64,000 nucleotides of DNA from NCBI GenBank assembly GCA_002269645.1, contig NIVC01001307.1:2026-66025 (forward strand), written 5' to 3'. Positions 54,186 through 64,000 of this stretch are shown here, piece after piece (within the stretch, counting starts at the first letter, position 1; every line of letters starts with the position of its first letter). The position numbers and the translations under genes are program-made. Below the pieces are notes generated by a model. It was not told where the DNA came from. It saw only the letters and a program-made list of their open reading frames with translations, and made no database searches. Origin of the DNA: Macrostomum lignano (lineage: Eukaryota).

Positions 54186-55658
54186 ATGGCTGAAACAAAA
54201 ACTATGTGGAGTGATAAATTTCATTTCAAAAAGCACCGACAGTATATTAATGAGGTCAGAGCAAGAGATTTAAATTATACCCTACCAACAAGTGATAATT
54301 CAAATAACTTTACTACTGGAACGGTAACTTTTGACATCGGCGCAACCAACACTATATTGGATATGAAAAATGCGTTTTTCCGCGTTAGATGGTTGTATAC
54401 TAGAAATGATGGAACTGCTCTTGCAGCCGGAGATATCGCAGATCGATCCAGAATAATAATAGAAAATGATTGGTTTTATAAATGTTTTTCCCAAGCTCAA
54501 CTAACTGTTAATGGTGCTGAGGTTGAGACATCATCAAACCCCGCAGAGATTAATGGAGTTTTGAAACATTTAAATTATACTTATTTATCAAAACAAGTTG
54601 GTGATAATGTTGGGTGGATGCCGGATAAAGGTAACGGGCAAGCAGTAGTTTTCCCTAATGTACAAAACGCAGCCGGTGCAGATACTGCAGCGCTAATTGT
54701 TTACCTTAATACAAACATAGTTCCAGTTGTAACCACTATGACTAATACAAAAGATATTAATACTGGTTTTATAGATCGTCAGAATAAATTCCCAGTCGCG
54801 GTTTTAACCACAGCAACAGCATATGAGCAGGACTTTTCAATCTTTCCACTATTTGGGTTTTTCTCACCAAATCGGGTATGGAAAGGATTAAAATTTGGGA
54901 TACAGTTGCAAATATCTGGTGGATATCAGCCTAGGATACTTTATGGAACCTCAATTTCAACCGATATAGCAGTTCGTATAGATTCAATTCAATTAGTCGT
55001 ACCAACTATTGAGGTAACAGCCCCACTTTTAAAACACATCGATAATCAGTTAACGCATGATCAGGAAATATTTTATTTGAATCGTCGACATTTTATGCGA
55101 ACCATTAATAATAACCAGGATTCATTCCAGTGGCAAATACTGACATCAAAACGTCGGGTGAGATATATTTTTGTTTGGTTTAAGATAACAAATAGAAGGA
55201 GTAAAAGAGCAAATGGGGATTTATATTGGCTTCAATCCGGTGCCATAGCAGAACAAGCAGCCACCGCAACAGACAATGCGGCTGCAGCTATTAACGAGTT
55301 TAATGTTCAGAATATCCGCCTGCAGGTTGATGATCAATATTATCCGGTTAAAGACCCCCTAAATTTAAATATAGCAAATAATAATGTTAATGATTTTATA
55401 AAATATTATCAAGATTATGCTAAAAATGAAGCGTATGCCGTCCCTCAGTACACACCCACAGAGTTTCTAAACATTCATCCAGTGGTTGTTTATGATCTAA
55501 CGGCACAGAAAGAAAACGTAGCCAATATTGGACTTAATTATATGTTAGAGATTAATAAAACCGGTAATCAGGCACTTGACGCCCACGTATTGTTTCTAGA
55601 GGAATATATGTCAATTGCTAAAGCTGATGGCACGATTGTTCGGGACGCACCATTGTAA
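54186..55658 (+). CDS. Major capsid protein (double jelly-roll), 490 aa
   Basis: Size, beta-rich composition, Polinton-MCP-like segments (FSQAQLTVNGAEVE; HPVVVYDLT) and position next to ATPase and penton. Confidence 0.8.
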   Translation: MAETKTMWSDKFHFKKHRQYINEVRARDLNYTLPTSDNSNNFTTGTVTFDIGATNTILDMKNAFFRVRWLYTRNDGTALAAGDIADRSRIIIENDWFYKCFSQAQLTVNGAEVETSSNPAEINGVLKHLNYTYLSKQVGDNVGWMPDKGNGQAVVFPNVQNAAGADTAALIVYLNTNIVPVVTTMTNTKDINTGFIDRQNKFPVAVLTTATAYEQDFSIFPLFGFFSPNRVWKGLKFGIQLQISGGYQPRILYGTSISTDIAVRIDSIQLVVPTIEVTAPLLKHIDNQLTHDQEIFYLNRRHFMRTINNNQDSFQWQILTSKRRVRYIFVWFKITNRRSKRANGDLYWLQSGAIAEQAATATDNAAAAINEFNVQNIRLQVDDQYYPVKDPLNLNIANNNVNDFIKYYQDYAKNEAYAVPQYTPTEFLNIHPVVVYDLTAQKENVANIGLNYMLEINKTGNQALDAHVLFLEEYMSIAKADGTIVRDAPL

Positions 55659-55709
55659 AATGAGTGCAGGTCTCCGACCGTCGCGCCTATTTAAATTATT
55701 TCTTTAAAA

Positions 55710-56500
55710 ATGGTAAAGGCAAAACACGATAAGATATTTCCAAATGATCCTTTTCTTTGTTTAGTAATTGGTGGGTCGGGTAAAGGAAAAACACACTTTG
55801 TTTATGACCTGTTAACAACCGATGGAATGCTAGACTATAATAATTTAATAATTTATACTAAAAAACCTAGAATAAAATATTATGAATTTCTTAAAGATGG
55901 ATTAAAAAACAAATTAAAAAAAGATGTCTTGTTTAGAATGTTAAGAGCATATGAGCAATATGAGGATGATGACGAACCGCGATTTAATCTAGCAGACATT
56001 GAGGATTTATGTAAAACAATGGCACAACAGCCAGAAAACATCACCGATCGCCCGAAGGGTCGCGGACTTCGTCCGATCGAGCCCCAACTGTTAGAGTATC
56101 AACCCGATTAGCCTATGATCAAATTCCAAAACATGATAAAACACTAATTATTTTTGATGATTGTATTAATGACGGTGATCAAGAATTGCAAAAGGAAATT
56201 TTTGTTAGTGGTAGAGGAGATGGAATTGGAGCTTTTTATCTTACTCAATCCTTTAGAGAATTAGAATCGATTATAAAAAAGAATGCTAGCTGTTGTGTAA
56301 TGTTTGATTTAGATAACTATGATCTACAAAATATTCACGCTAGATTTAATCCCGGATTGGATGCAAAACCATTTAAAAGTATGTGTAAAAAAATTTGGGA
56401 TGATAGCCAATACAAACATATTTATATCAATCCGAGGTTAGAAAGGAAAAATCGAATCTTAAAAGATCTTATAAAAGAAGACGATGAGGAAGAAGAATGA
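55710..56500 (+). CDS. A32/FtsK-like packaging ATPase, split by a 29-nt insert (253 aa if removed)
   Basis: Walker A GGSGKGKT in 55710-56111. Walker B LIIFDD, SGRG and YLTQS motifs lie in the -1 frame, ending at 56500. Confidence 0.88.
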
Positions 56501-56551
56501 TCGCCCCATAGGGTCGCGTACCTTCGGTACGATTAATTTCCCACTATAAAA

Positions 56552-57337
56552 ATGACTACAAATTTAAATACTATAAAACAATTGGTAGATCGAACTAATT
56601 CAAAATTTAGTACAACATTACAGTTTATAATGACAACCAGCGAGCAACGGATTCAATTGCGCGATCCATTACAACTTGATCAAAGCCTAAGTTATCAAAT
56701 AGGTTTAATACTATTTTCGGTTTTCAACATGCCTCAATTAATTAATGCAACAAATAATCAATTTAGATATTCTAAAGATTCCGGAGCAAATTGGACAACA
56801 TTTAGCGTTAACCCAGGAGCGTATAGCTATACTGATTTGAATGCTTATATAGAAGGAGAATTAACAACTAATGGTGATTGGGTAGCAGGAGCAATTGTTA
56901 TAGGTGTTGATTTACCGTCTGGCAGATTCACACTATCACTAGGATCCGGATATCAGGTTGATTTCACAATTGCAAATTCACTCAGAACCATACTTGGATT
57001 TAATTCCCGAATAGTTACCACATCAAGCACCGGTGATACAGTTGGAAATATAGAGGGTGGAGTAAATACAATTAATATAACAACCGACATTTCAAACGGT
57101 GGTTATATAACAGACGATAACGGAGTTTTGGTTCAACGTGGAATTATTTATTCAATCCCATTTCTTGCTGTTCCAATTGGAGAGAAAATGATTGTATCAC
57201 CTCAAACCCCAATATATTACCCATTAAATCAATATAATGTTCAATCAATTTATATTAGGATTGTAGATGAAAGCGATAGATTAATAAGTTTTGGTGGGCA
57301 GTCAATAACAGTAATTTTACGTATAAAACAGGTTTAG
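56552..57337 (+). CDS. Minor capsid (penton) protein, 261 aa
   Basis: Polinton penton-like motifs (YQIGL, NNQFRY, PGAYSYTDLN, SFGGQSITVILRIK) and typical size. Confidence 0.8.
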   Translation: MTTNLNTIKQLVDRTNSKFSTTLQFIMTTSEQRIQLRDPLQLDQSLSYQIGLILFSVFNMPQLINATNNQFRYSKDSGANWTTFSVNPGAYSYTDLNAYIEGELTTNGDWVAGAIVIGVDLPSGRFTLSLGSGYQVDFTIANSLRTILGFNSRIVTTSSTGDTVGNIEGGVNTINITTDISNGGYITDDNGVLVQRGIIYSIPFLAVPIGEKMIVSPQTPIYYPLNQYNVQSIYIRIVDESDRLISFGGQSITVILRIKQV

Positions 57338-57347
57338 TACTGTAAAA

Positions 57348-57527
57348 ATGGGTAATAATAATAATAATTTAATAAAAAAACAATCAGAAAAAGTTAAAAA
57401 AACTGAAGATAATTACGAACTAGAACTAGCAAAATTAAGGCAGTTACAAGCTGATAAAATAAGAAAGGAATTGTTAAAACCCACACCTACGAAACTAACT
57501 AAAACCAAGAGTTTTTCAGGAACATAA
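57348..57527 (+). CDS. Small basic hypothetical protein, 59 aa
   Basis: AAAAATG start; fills the penton-protease gap exactly. Confidence 0.45.
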   Translation: MGNNNNNLIKKQSEKVKKTEDNYELELAKLRQLQADKIRKELLKPTPTKLTKTKSFSGT

Positions 57528-57528
57528 A

Positions 57529-57963
57529 ATGACCATGACGTGATGATTTTAAACAAAGATATGGAACGGACACAACAAGCAATATCGAATTAACAAATTG
57601 GGCGAGGCAGTTAAAAATAAAACCATTCAGATGTGTTATGCGGGATGAGATAAAAGACTTACCAAGATATGGATCTTTCATTGTTAATATTGAAACAACA
57701 AAAGAAAATGGTGTTCATTGGTCAGCAGTTTATTCAAAACCAAACTTGTTTATTTTTTTGATTCATACGCGCTTCCTCCGTTACAGGAAATAAAAGATAA
57801 ATTTAATCATACTAAAAATCGTTTATGTGGAGATCATCACGAACAATTTCAAACCTTTGATAAAAGTTATTGCGGGCAAGCGGCGTTGTATTTTTTATAT
57901 AAAATTAATAACTCGAAGGAAACCCCCGAAGTATTTAAGAATATTTTAGACTCTATAAAATAG
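57529..57963 (+). pseudogene. Adenain-like cysteine protease with two apparent 1-nt frameshifts
   Basis: GVHWSAV (His), YFFDSY (Asp) and QTFDKSYCG (Gln/Cys) are spread over shifted frames; indels near 57540 and 57733. Confidence 0.8.
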
Positions 57964-57973
57964 ACAGTAAAAA

Positions 57974-60021
57974 ATGTTATTTTCTGGAACACCCTCATGG
58001 AACGGAACAACAAGTAGTGGTGGTGGTGGCACATCTGGTGGAATAAGTGTTACATTTGGAGATAATCGATATATTAATGAAGATGAAGGTTATAAAAAAA
58101 GTGAAGTTGATACTAAACTAAATTTAAAAAGAAATGTTGCAGATTCCTATACCAAAACTCAAATAGATGATTCACTAAATCTGAAACGGAACGTAGCCGA
58201 TTCCTATACCAAAACCGAAGTTGATAATTCATTAAATTTAAAACGCAATACAGCCGATTCTTATACCAAAACCGAAGTTGATAATTCATTAAATTTGAAA
58301 CGGAACGTAGCCGATTCTTATACCAAAACCGAAGTTGATAATTCATTAAATTTGAAACGGAACGTAGCCGATTCTTATACCAAAACCGAAGTTGATAATG
58401 GATTAAATTTAAAAAGAGATGTAACTGATTCTTATTCTCGAACTGATTCTGATTCACGTTATGTTCAAACCACCGCAACCGGAAACCTAGATATGAGCAA
58501 CAACCGAATTATAAATGTTTCAATTACAACTAGTGATTCAGTGGTTGATAAGAACTATGTCGATAATCAAGTTGCCACTCGTAGTGGAAATATTAATATG
58601 AATAATTTTAAATTAACAAATTTATTATTTGGAACAGAGAACGCAGACTCGATAACTCTAGGCCAAGTAAACGAGCGAGCTAATGCAACCGACGCCGATA
58701 TTTTTACCACGCCGCTTACATCAAATACTTCAAATCCTGATGTTGTTCTTACAGCATCTGAAAATGGCAACACAGCTTTTCGAGTTGGAGATGGAAGCCT
58801 TGCGACACAATGGTCACCAAATACCGGAACCACAACCAATATGGAAATTCAATTTGAATTTTTAGGTTATAATAGAAGAATATTTGAATTAAGAATTACA
58901 GGCAGTGAAACAATTGAGATACCCTCGGGGTGGTCGGTTCGCGCAAAAAATGTTGCTACCGATTCATGGACGACATTAACTACGTCGGGATCACCAGTTC
59001 AAGCAACATCATTTGCTCTATCTAATTTAACGACTAATTTTTGGAAATATTATAGCGTATTCTTCCCAACTGGTGGTACCGGTACACAACCTATCGAGGT
59101 TCGTCAAATACAATTATTTGAACACCGTGTTGAAATTCAAGATCTTAATTGGCCAACTCAAATACTTTCTGCAGTTCCGCGAGCGTACGTAGATCAGCTA
59201 GCTACTCCAACATCAAATGGTAGAATGTCTGGAAGCGATAAAAATAAATTGGATGGAATACCTGCTATTGATGCGGCCTTGTTCGAACCAGTAATTTGCA
59301 ATTGGTCTGGATATCAAAATCCAACAACAGCCGGAGATATATATCCAGTCGGTTCTTTAATTAGCGATGCTTCTTATATCGATTATCAAAACGGCGCTAG
59401 AATTACTCGTGAAACTTCTGGAGTAAGTGGTGCTTTACAATTCAATTTCACACATTTTCAAAATATATCTGCGTCTTTCTTTTTCCGAGTTGCTAATTCT
59501 ACAGGAGATGGTGCAGATGCGGTTTGGTTTTATGCATATCGTCACGAACGTCCAACATCGGAATTTGGAACTGGATTATCAACCGACGCCGGCTGATAGT
59601 GTTTGCTAGTGAGTGGACTGATAGGTTTGGAGTTGTTTGGAGTAATAAAAAATCAGACGGATCTACGGTTCGTAACGATGTTAGTAGTGATGCGGATCAA
59701 ACTGTAGCCTATGCTAATATTGATAACGGTGATTGGCATTTATTTGAAGTTAATATTTTAAATCAAAGGGTTTGGTACCGATTACAGTCATACAATGTTG
59801 CTGGTGATTCTTTTACCCTCATTGGACAGAACGTTTTCACATATGATAGTGGAACTTGGGGAACTTTAGATAAATCTGGAACCCTTATGGGTTTTGGTGC
59901 TCGAACTGGTGGAGCGGATGCTGCACATTTTATTCGTGGTGCAGTTGTATGTGGTAGTACGTCGTTTGGTTATGTTTTTCCCTCTACTGCTTATTTGGAA
60001 AAACCTCCTACTCAAATATAA
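57974..60021 (+). CDS. Fibre/spike-like protein with one frameshift near 59590
   Basis: Six 19-aa LNLKRNVADSYTKTEVDNS repeats, YVD stalk-like motifs, a discoidin-like middle and a lectin-like C-terminus (GADAVWFY...DNGDWHLFEV) continuing in ORF 59524-60021. Confidence 0.7.
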
Positions 60022-61029
60022 AATATTTATATATAAAATATTTCTATATAAAATGGCTTTTAGTAGAACTCCATCGATGCGGCAAAATAATGTTATTATT
60101 CCTATTCCTAAACAAGAATCAAATATAAAAACATTCAAATCTCATACCAAATTTTTATTTAGTACTGTAAATGTTCAGGATAATAAGAAGCTTCAAGAAT
60201 TAATTAAGTTATTAAAAAATCATATTATACTTCAAGAGTTTTGGAAAATAGGATTTAAATGGGAGAAAAAAGAAAGAATAACTCCAATACAATACCTATT
60301 GAGCTCGGGACAAATCCCAAAGAGCGTGGGGAATTCATTTTGGTGCTATTAAAAATAGACGAGAATGTCGGTATCTGAAGCAGATAAATGGGAACGCGAC
60401 CGGTTCAACCAACGTAAAGGTCAGATGTTAAGTAATGTTGATCGTAAACTATGATTATGATTTATATACTAAAAAAGTAAGAAGAGTTTCAAACCATATA
60501 AGAAATATGGATTTTTCAATATTGGATTTGGAAGCTTATCAATGTTATGTGTAATCGTTTTAGGTATTTTACAATCTATTCCAACTCTTAATTTATCTCA
60601 ATTATTTTTAGGTATTTCAATTGGCTCAATATCAGGTTTTGAATTGATCAGAACTTATCAATACTTTTAGCAATTAAATTATATCTTAAAAAAAGAAAGG
60701 AAAAATATAAATCATTAAGAGATGTTGCCAACAATATAAAAATCATTATATTTATATGTGCAAAAAATATTGGATGACGGAGAGATAACGATTCATGAAT
60801 TATCAACCGCGGTTGAATTATATGAAAAATATTTAAAAGATAGAAATAGAATTTTAGATGTTGAAACTTTTACCGATATGGAATTAAAAGAATTAGTTTG
60901 GACAAACCCAAAGCTCCACCGATAGAAACATTAGGTATTTACGAACCTGAAACTATTGCTACTGGGGCACAAAGCCCGCGGTCAGGAAGTGCTGTAGAAC
61001 TTAATGTGTTTACGTAATCATTGTTGTAT

Positions 61030-61479
61030 TCAGTATTTTAATGCATATGTTATATATTCTTCCCAAAGTGGTAACTCTCTTCTGATTCTAGGTTTAAATT
61101 TTTTATCAATACATAAAAATTCCAATGACTTTTTCAATAACATTTCGTTAGGTATGTTACCTATCCTTATAAACTTTGTATTCTCTCGAATAAGAAAATT
61201 GAAATAATATCCAACTAAAATTAAAATCCTTTCAGAGTCTTTCGAACTTAATCCCTTTCCTTTATTTAAATGGAAAAAGTTATTATATAAATAAACATTA
61301 TTTCCGGGAATTAAAATTGGATCAGAAATGTCTCTTGTAAGATTTCTTAAAATTGTGTTTTTAAAATAGTAATATGAGTTTTCAATCTTTTTTGTTTTTT
61401 CAAATTGATATATTTTAGAACATGAATAACACATATGATATATATCTCCGTTTGCTGTTTGCCCTCTGTGCATAGTCAC
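61030..61479 (-). CDS. Hypothetical viral protein, ~149 aa
   Basis: ORF only; no recognisable motif. Confidence 0.4.
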   Translation of the reverse strand: MTMHRGQTANGDIYHMCYSCSKIYQFEKTKKIENSYYYFKNTILRNLTRDISDPILIPGNNVYLYNNFFHLNKGKGLSSKDSERILILVGYYFNFLIRENTKFIRIGNIPNEMLLKKSLEFLCIDKKFKPRIRRELPLWEEYITYALKY

Positions 61480-62301
61480 ATTACATTTATTACACGTAAA
61501 TGTCTTTCATTTTTTTTATTTTTTAGATTAAAAATGGAGAGCTGGTTCAAAACCGATTCTAATGTGATTAATTATCTCACACCCAATATGTTGGAGAATA
61601 AAGAATATAATATTATATGTTTGAGACAGGTTAAATTTATTGGGCTTCAATCAATATTTTTACAATTAGATGGGCAAAAAATTTTATGTCTAAGCGGAGA
61701 TGATGTTAAAATTTTCCTGTTTTAGTTATTAATAAACCTAAAGCGTTTGTTATGAAATACTGCAACGAGGGTGGATTGCAATTTAAACTAAAACAAACAA
61801 ATAATAAAAAGAGTGATAGGACTGTAAAATTGGCGGCTGTTTGGGAGGATGACGACGAAGACTAAATTTTTTATAAGAAAATGGATACGATAAAAATCCT
61901 TATCACTAAAGAGCGTGAACTTAATGATATTAATAAAAAAATAAATATAATTATATCTCAGAAATATCATGAGTATGGGGACGATATGTTTCCCATCCGA
62001 TATGAAATGGATAAAAGAAAACGTTTTTTAAATCTGCAATTGCTTATGCTGAAACAGTAATTGAAATCGAAATAGATAGGTTGGTTAGAAAAATAAAAAA
62101 ACTTAGGAAAAAAATAAAGGATTGTTTAAGTTACCCTGACGACTGCGAGGAAAATTGGCTCAATATTATATGAAATCGAAATGGATATTATGCTTAAACA
62201 ATTACATGCTTTAGTTTTTTTCCGCCCGAAGGGTCGCGGATTTTATCCGATAAGTAATTTTTCTGTTAATCTCTTCCAGTTATTCAAGACTTTTTCCTTA
62301 T

Positions 62302-64000
62302 TTAATTTTTAAGTTCTTTTGGAAATGTTGAATAATAATTATCTATATCTTTTTCATATTCTAGAAATGTATTATATTCACAATCACATTCGGATTCACA
62401 ATCACAATCGTAATAATAATTATTTATTGCCGCTTTGTATTCATTATATTTACTTATTATATCTTCTTTTTGTTTTTTATCTTTTATCATATTTTTTATC
62501 TTTTCTTTTAAACCATATGGATATGTTTTAATTTTATCATCTAAATACCTTTTATCATCAAATGGACTTAATGTTTTTTATCTGTCTCGATGACAAACAT
62601 CTGATGCTTATCTGAATTTAATCGATATTGTGGAGCATGATAATTTTCAATTGTATTAAGGTAATCTAAAAGTACGTTTTTATAATCATCAAATGTTATC
62701 TTTTTTACTGCTGCTCTTGATACCCCTTTTATTTTTTTACCTCTCCCTCCTGTCCTAAAACCTTAAATGCATAGCATTTTGATCTTATTGCTATAAACTC
62801 GGTTATGATTTTGCTATTTAATTCATCTTTCATTTTAAGTACAACTTTTTTATTTTGATCTGATTTTAAAGGATGGTTATCCGGATAGTCGGAGGTATCC
62901 ATGTATCCTTAATTTTTTCCATATCTTTATAGACATCGAACCTTTGGTTCGTGGCTTGCCCGATCATCTGTTTCAACCTTAAATACCAAACTGTCGGTGT
63001 CTGCATATATTGGATAGTTATCTGGCCATGTTTTATTTATAACATCATAATAGTATTCATACATTACAGCTTTGCAAATCTAAAACAACCATTCCAATAA
63101 ATATTGGTTTAAGAAATTTTGTTGTTTTATTTCTCATATGAATACCCATAAAGTTATCATCAAATTTTATAAAGTCTTTTAAAGTTAGGTTTTGAAATAT
63201 TTCTTTGCTTTATCAATATCCTTTTCTAAATGGAATTGGGTTCTATCTCTAATATTTTCAACCGTTTTTCCATAAAAAGCATTATTCATTAATTTCCAAT
63301 AATCTTTCTCAAATTTGTTTTTGACATCTGTCTCTGATTTGAATTAAAGTCAATATATTTAGCTAACCAATCTTCCTCAATAAACGATATTGTTCGATGT
63401 ACTTTAGACACTTTTAATCCCTGCTTTTCATAAAATTGTAGAAGCTTATAATGCACTACATAGTTTTTCTTATCATGTAAATTTAATATTAATTTTTTTG
63501 TTGCTAGATGTTTTGCATTATCTGCTTTAAGATAATCTTTTTGTGTTTGTGATAAATCGTCTTCATTAACTGAACAATGCTCTGGAGCTAAAGGATATTT
63601 ATATGTTTTTTGCTTTGCTTCCCGAGTATATTGCAATCCACTTCTACGATACAGCCCCTTCCTTCGGGAATTTTTGTAATAATCGGTCATCTTCCCATTG
63701 GAAATCAGCTATTGGTAATTTTTGTTTCATACAACCACCGTATAAATTGTTTGCATCTAGATATAATACATATGATGATTTTCTTTTTTATTATAATTTG
63801 GAAGATACTTATTATTTACTTTAGTATAATCTATCTCCTAGTACACCCGAGAATCCGCCGCGAATTCCTCTCTCAATCATTAACAACATATCATGATCAG
63901 TTAGTAAATCAATCTTAACATCTGTATTTCAAACCACAAGCCCATGTTAATCCCGGTGCACTGAAACAATATGCGGGATCAATTTTAAAATTCTCATATG
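62302..64000 (-). pseudogene. Protein-primed family B DNA polymerase, 3' part, multiple frameshifts
   Basis: SAPGLTW, ERGIRGG, YLDANNLYG, KLMNNAFYGK, YADTDS and FDDKRY motifs are recovered across frames. Confidence 0.92.

Larger units (their letters stand above)
50472..64000. mobile_element. Endogenous Polinton/Maverick (adintovirus-like) element, right end outside window
   Basis: Abrupt shift to AT-rich, gene-dense DNA without evident spliceosomal introns, starting at AGTAGT (Polinton-type terminus). Gene set: rve integrase, PLA2, MCP, penton, packaging ATPase, adenain protease, pPolB. Confidence 0.95.

Noticed and set aside
56045-56079. Hammerhead or other small self-cleaving ribozyme; canonical -1 frameshift site
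   Set aside because: No CUGANGA/GAAA core or pseudoknot, and no X_XXY_YYZ slippery heptamer just upstream.
56059-56111. 53-nt GT..AG spliceosomal intron that would also restore the ATPase frame
   Set aside because: Weak donor (GTCGCG), no pyrimidine tract, and it does not explain the equivalent PolB insert. Not fully excluded without RNA data.
57348-57527. N-myristoylated membrane-penetration peptide (MG start)
   Set aside because: MGNNNNN lacks the usual Ser/Thr at the favoured position and has no amphipathic signature I can support.

Overview
Eukaryotic (animal) genomic DNA. GC-rich coding exons and minisatellite-packed introns resemble a flatworm such as Macrostomum, but this cannot be verified from sequence alone. 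Bases 1-50,470 are host chromosome. They hold many unrelated micro/minisatellites, a 5'-truncated RNase H-bearing LINE with a 14-bp TSD, an intact DD34D mariner, tRNA-derived SINE pieces, and four spliced genes that I reconstructed by hand: a divergent HMG-box factor, a probable beta-propeller protein, a class A peptide-type GPCR, and the 3' part of USP24. From about 50,472 to the window end lies an AT-rich endogenous Polinton/Maverick (adintovirus-like) element encoding a PLA2-integrase fusion, a PD-(D/E)XK nuclease, major and minor capsid proteins, packaging ATPase, adenain-type protease, fibre and protein-primed PolB. The main discoveries are: (1) a group I (IC-like) intron fold interrupting the PLA2 calcium-binding loop; (2) a family of 26-30-nt double-hairpin inserts, two of which break the ATPase and PolB frames between matched GAT codons and restore the frame exactly when removed; (3) a USP24 intron that appears to have been created by a SINE insertion with an AG/GT-containing target-site duplication. 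All structures were read by eye; no folding or database search was run.
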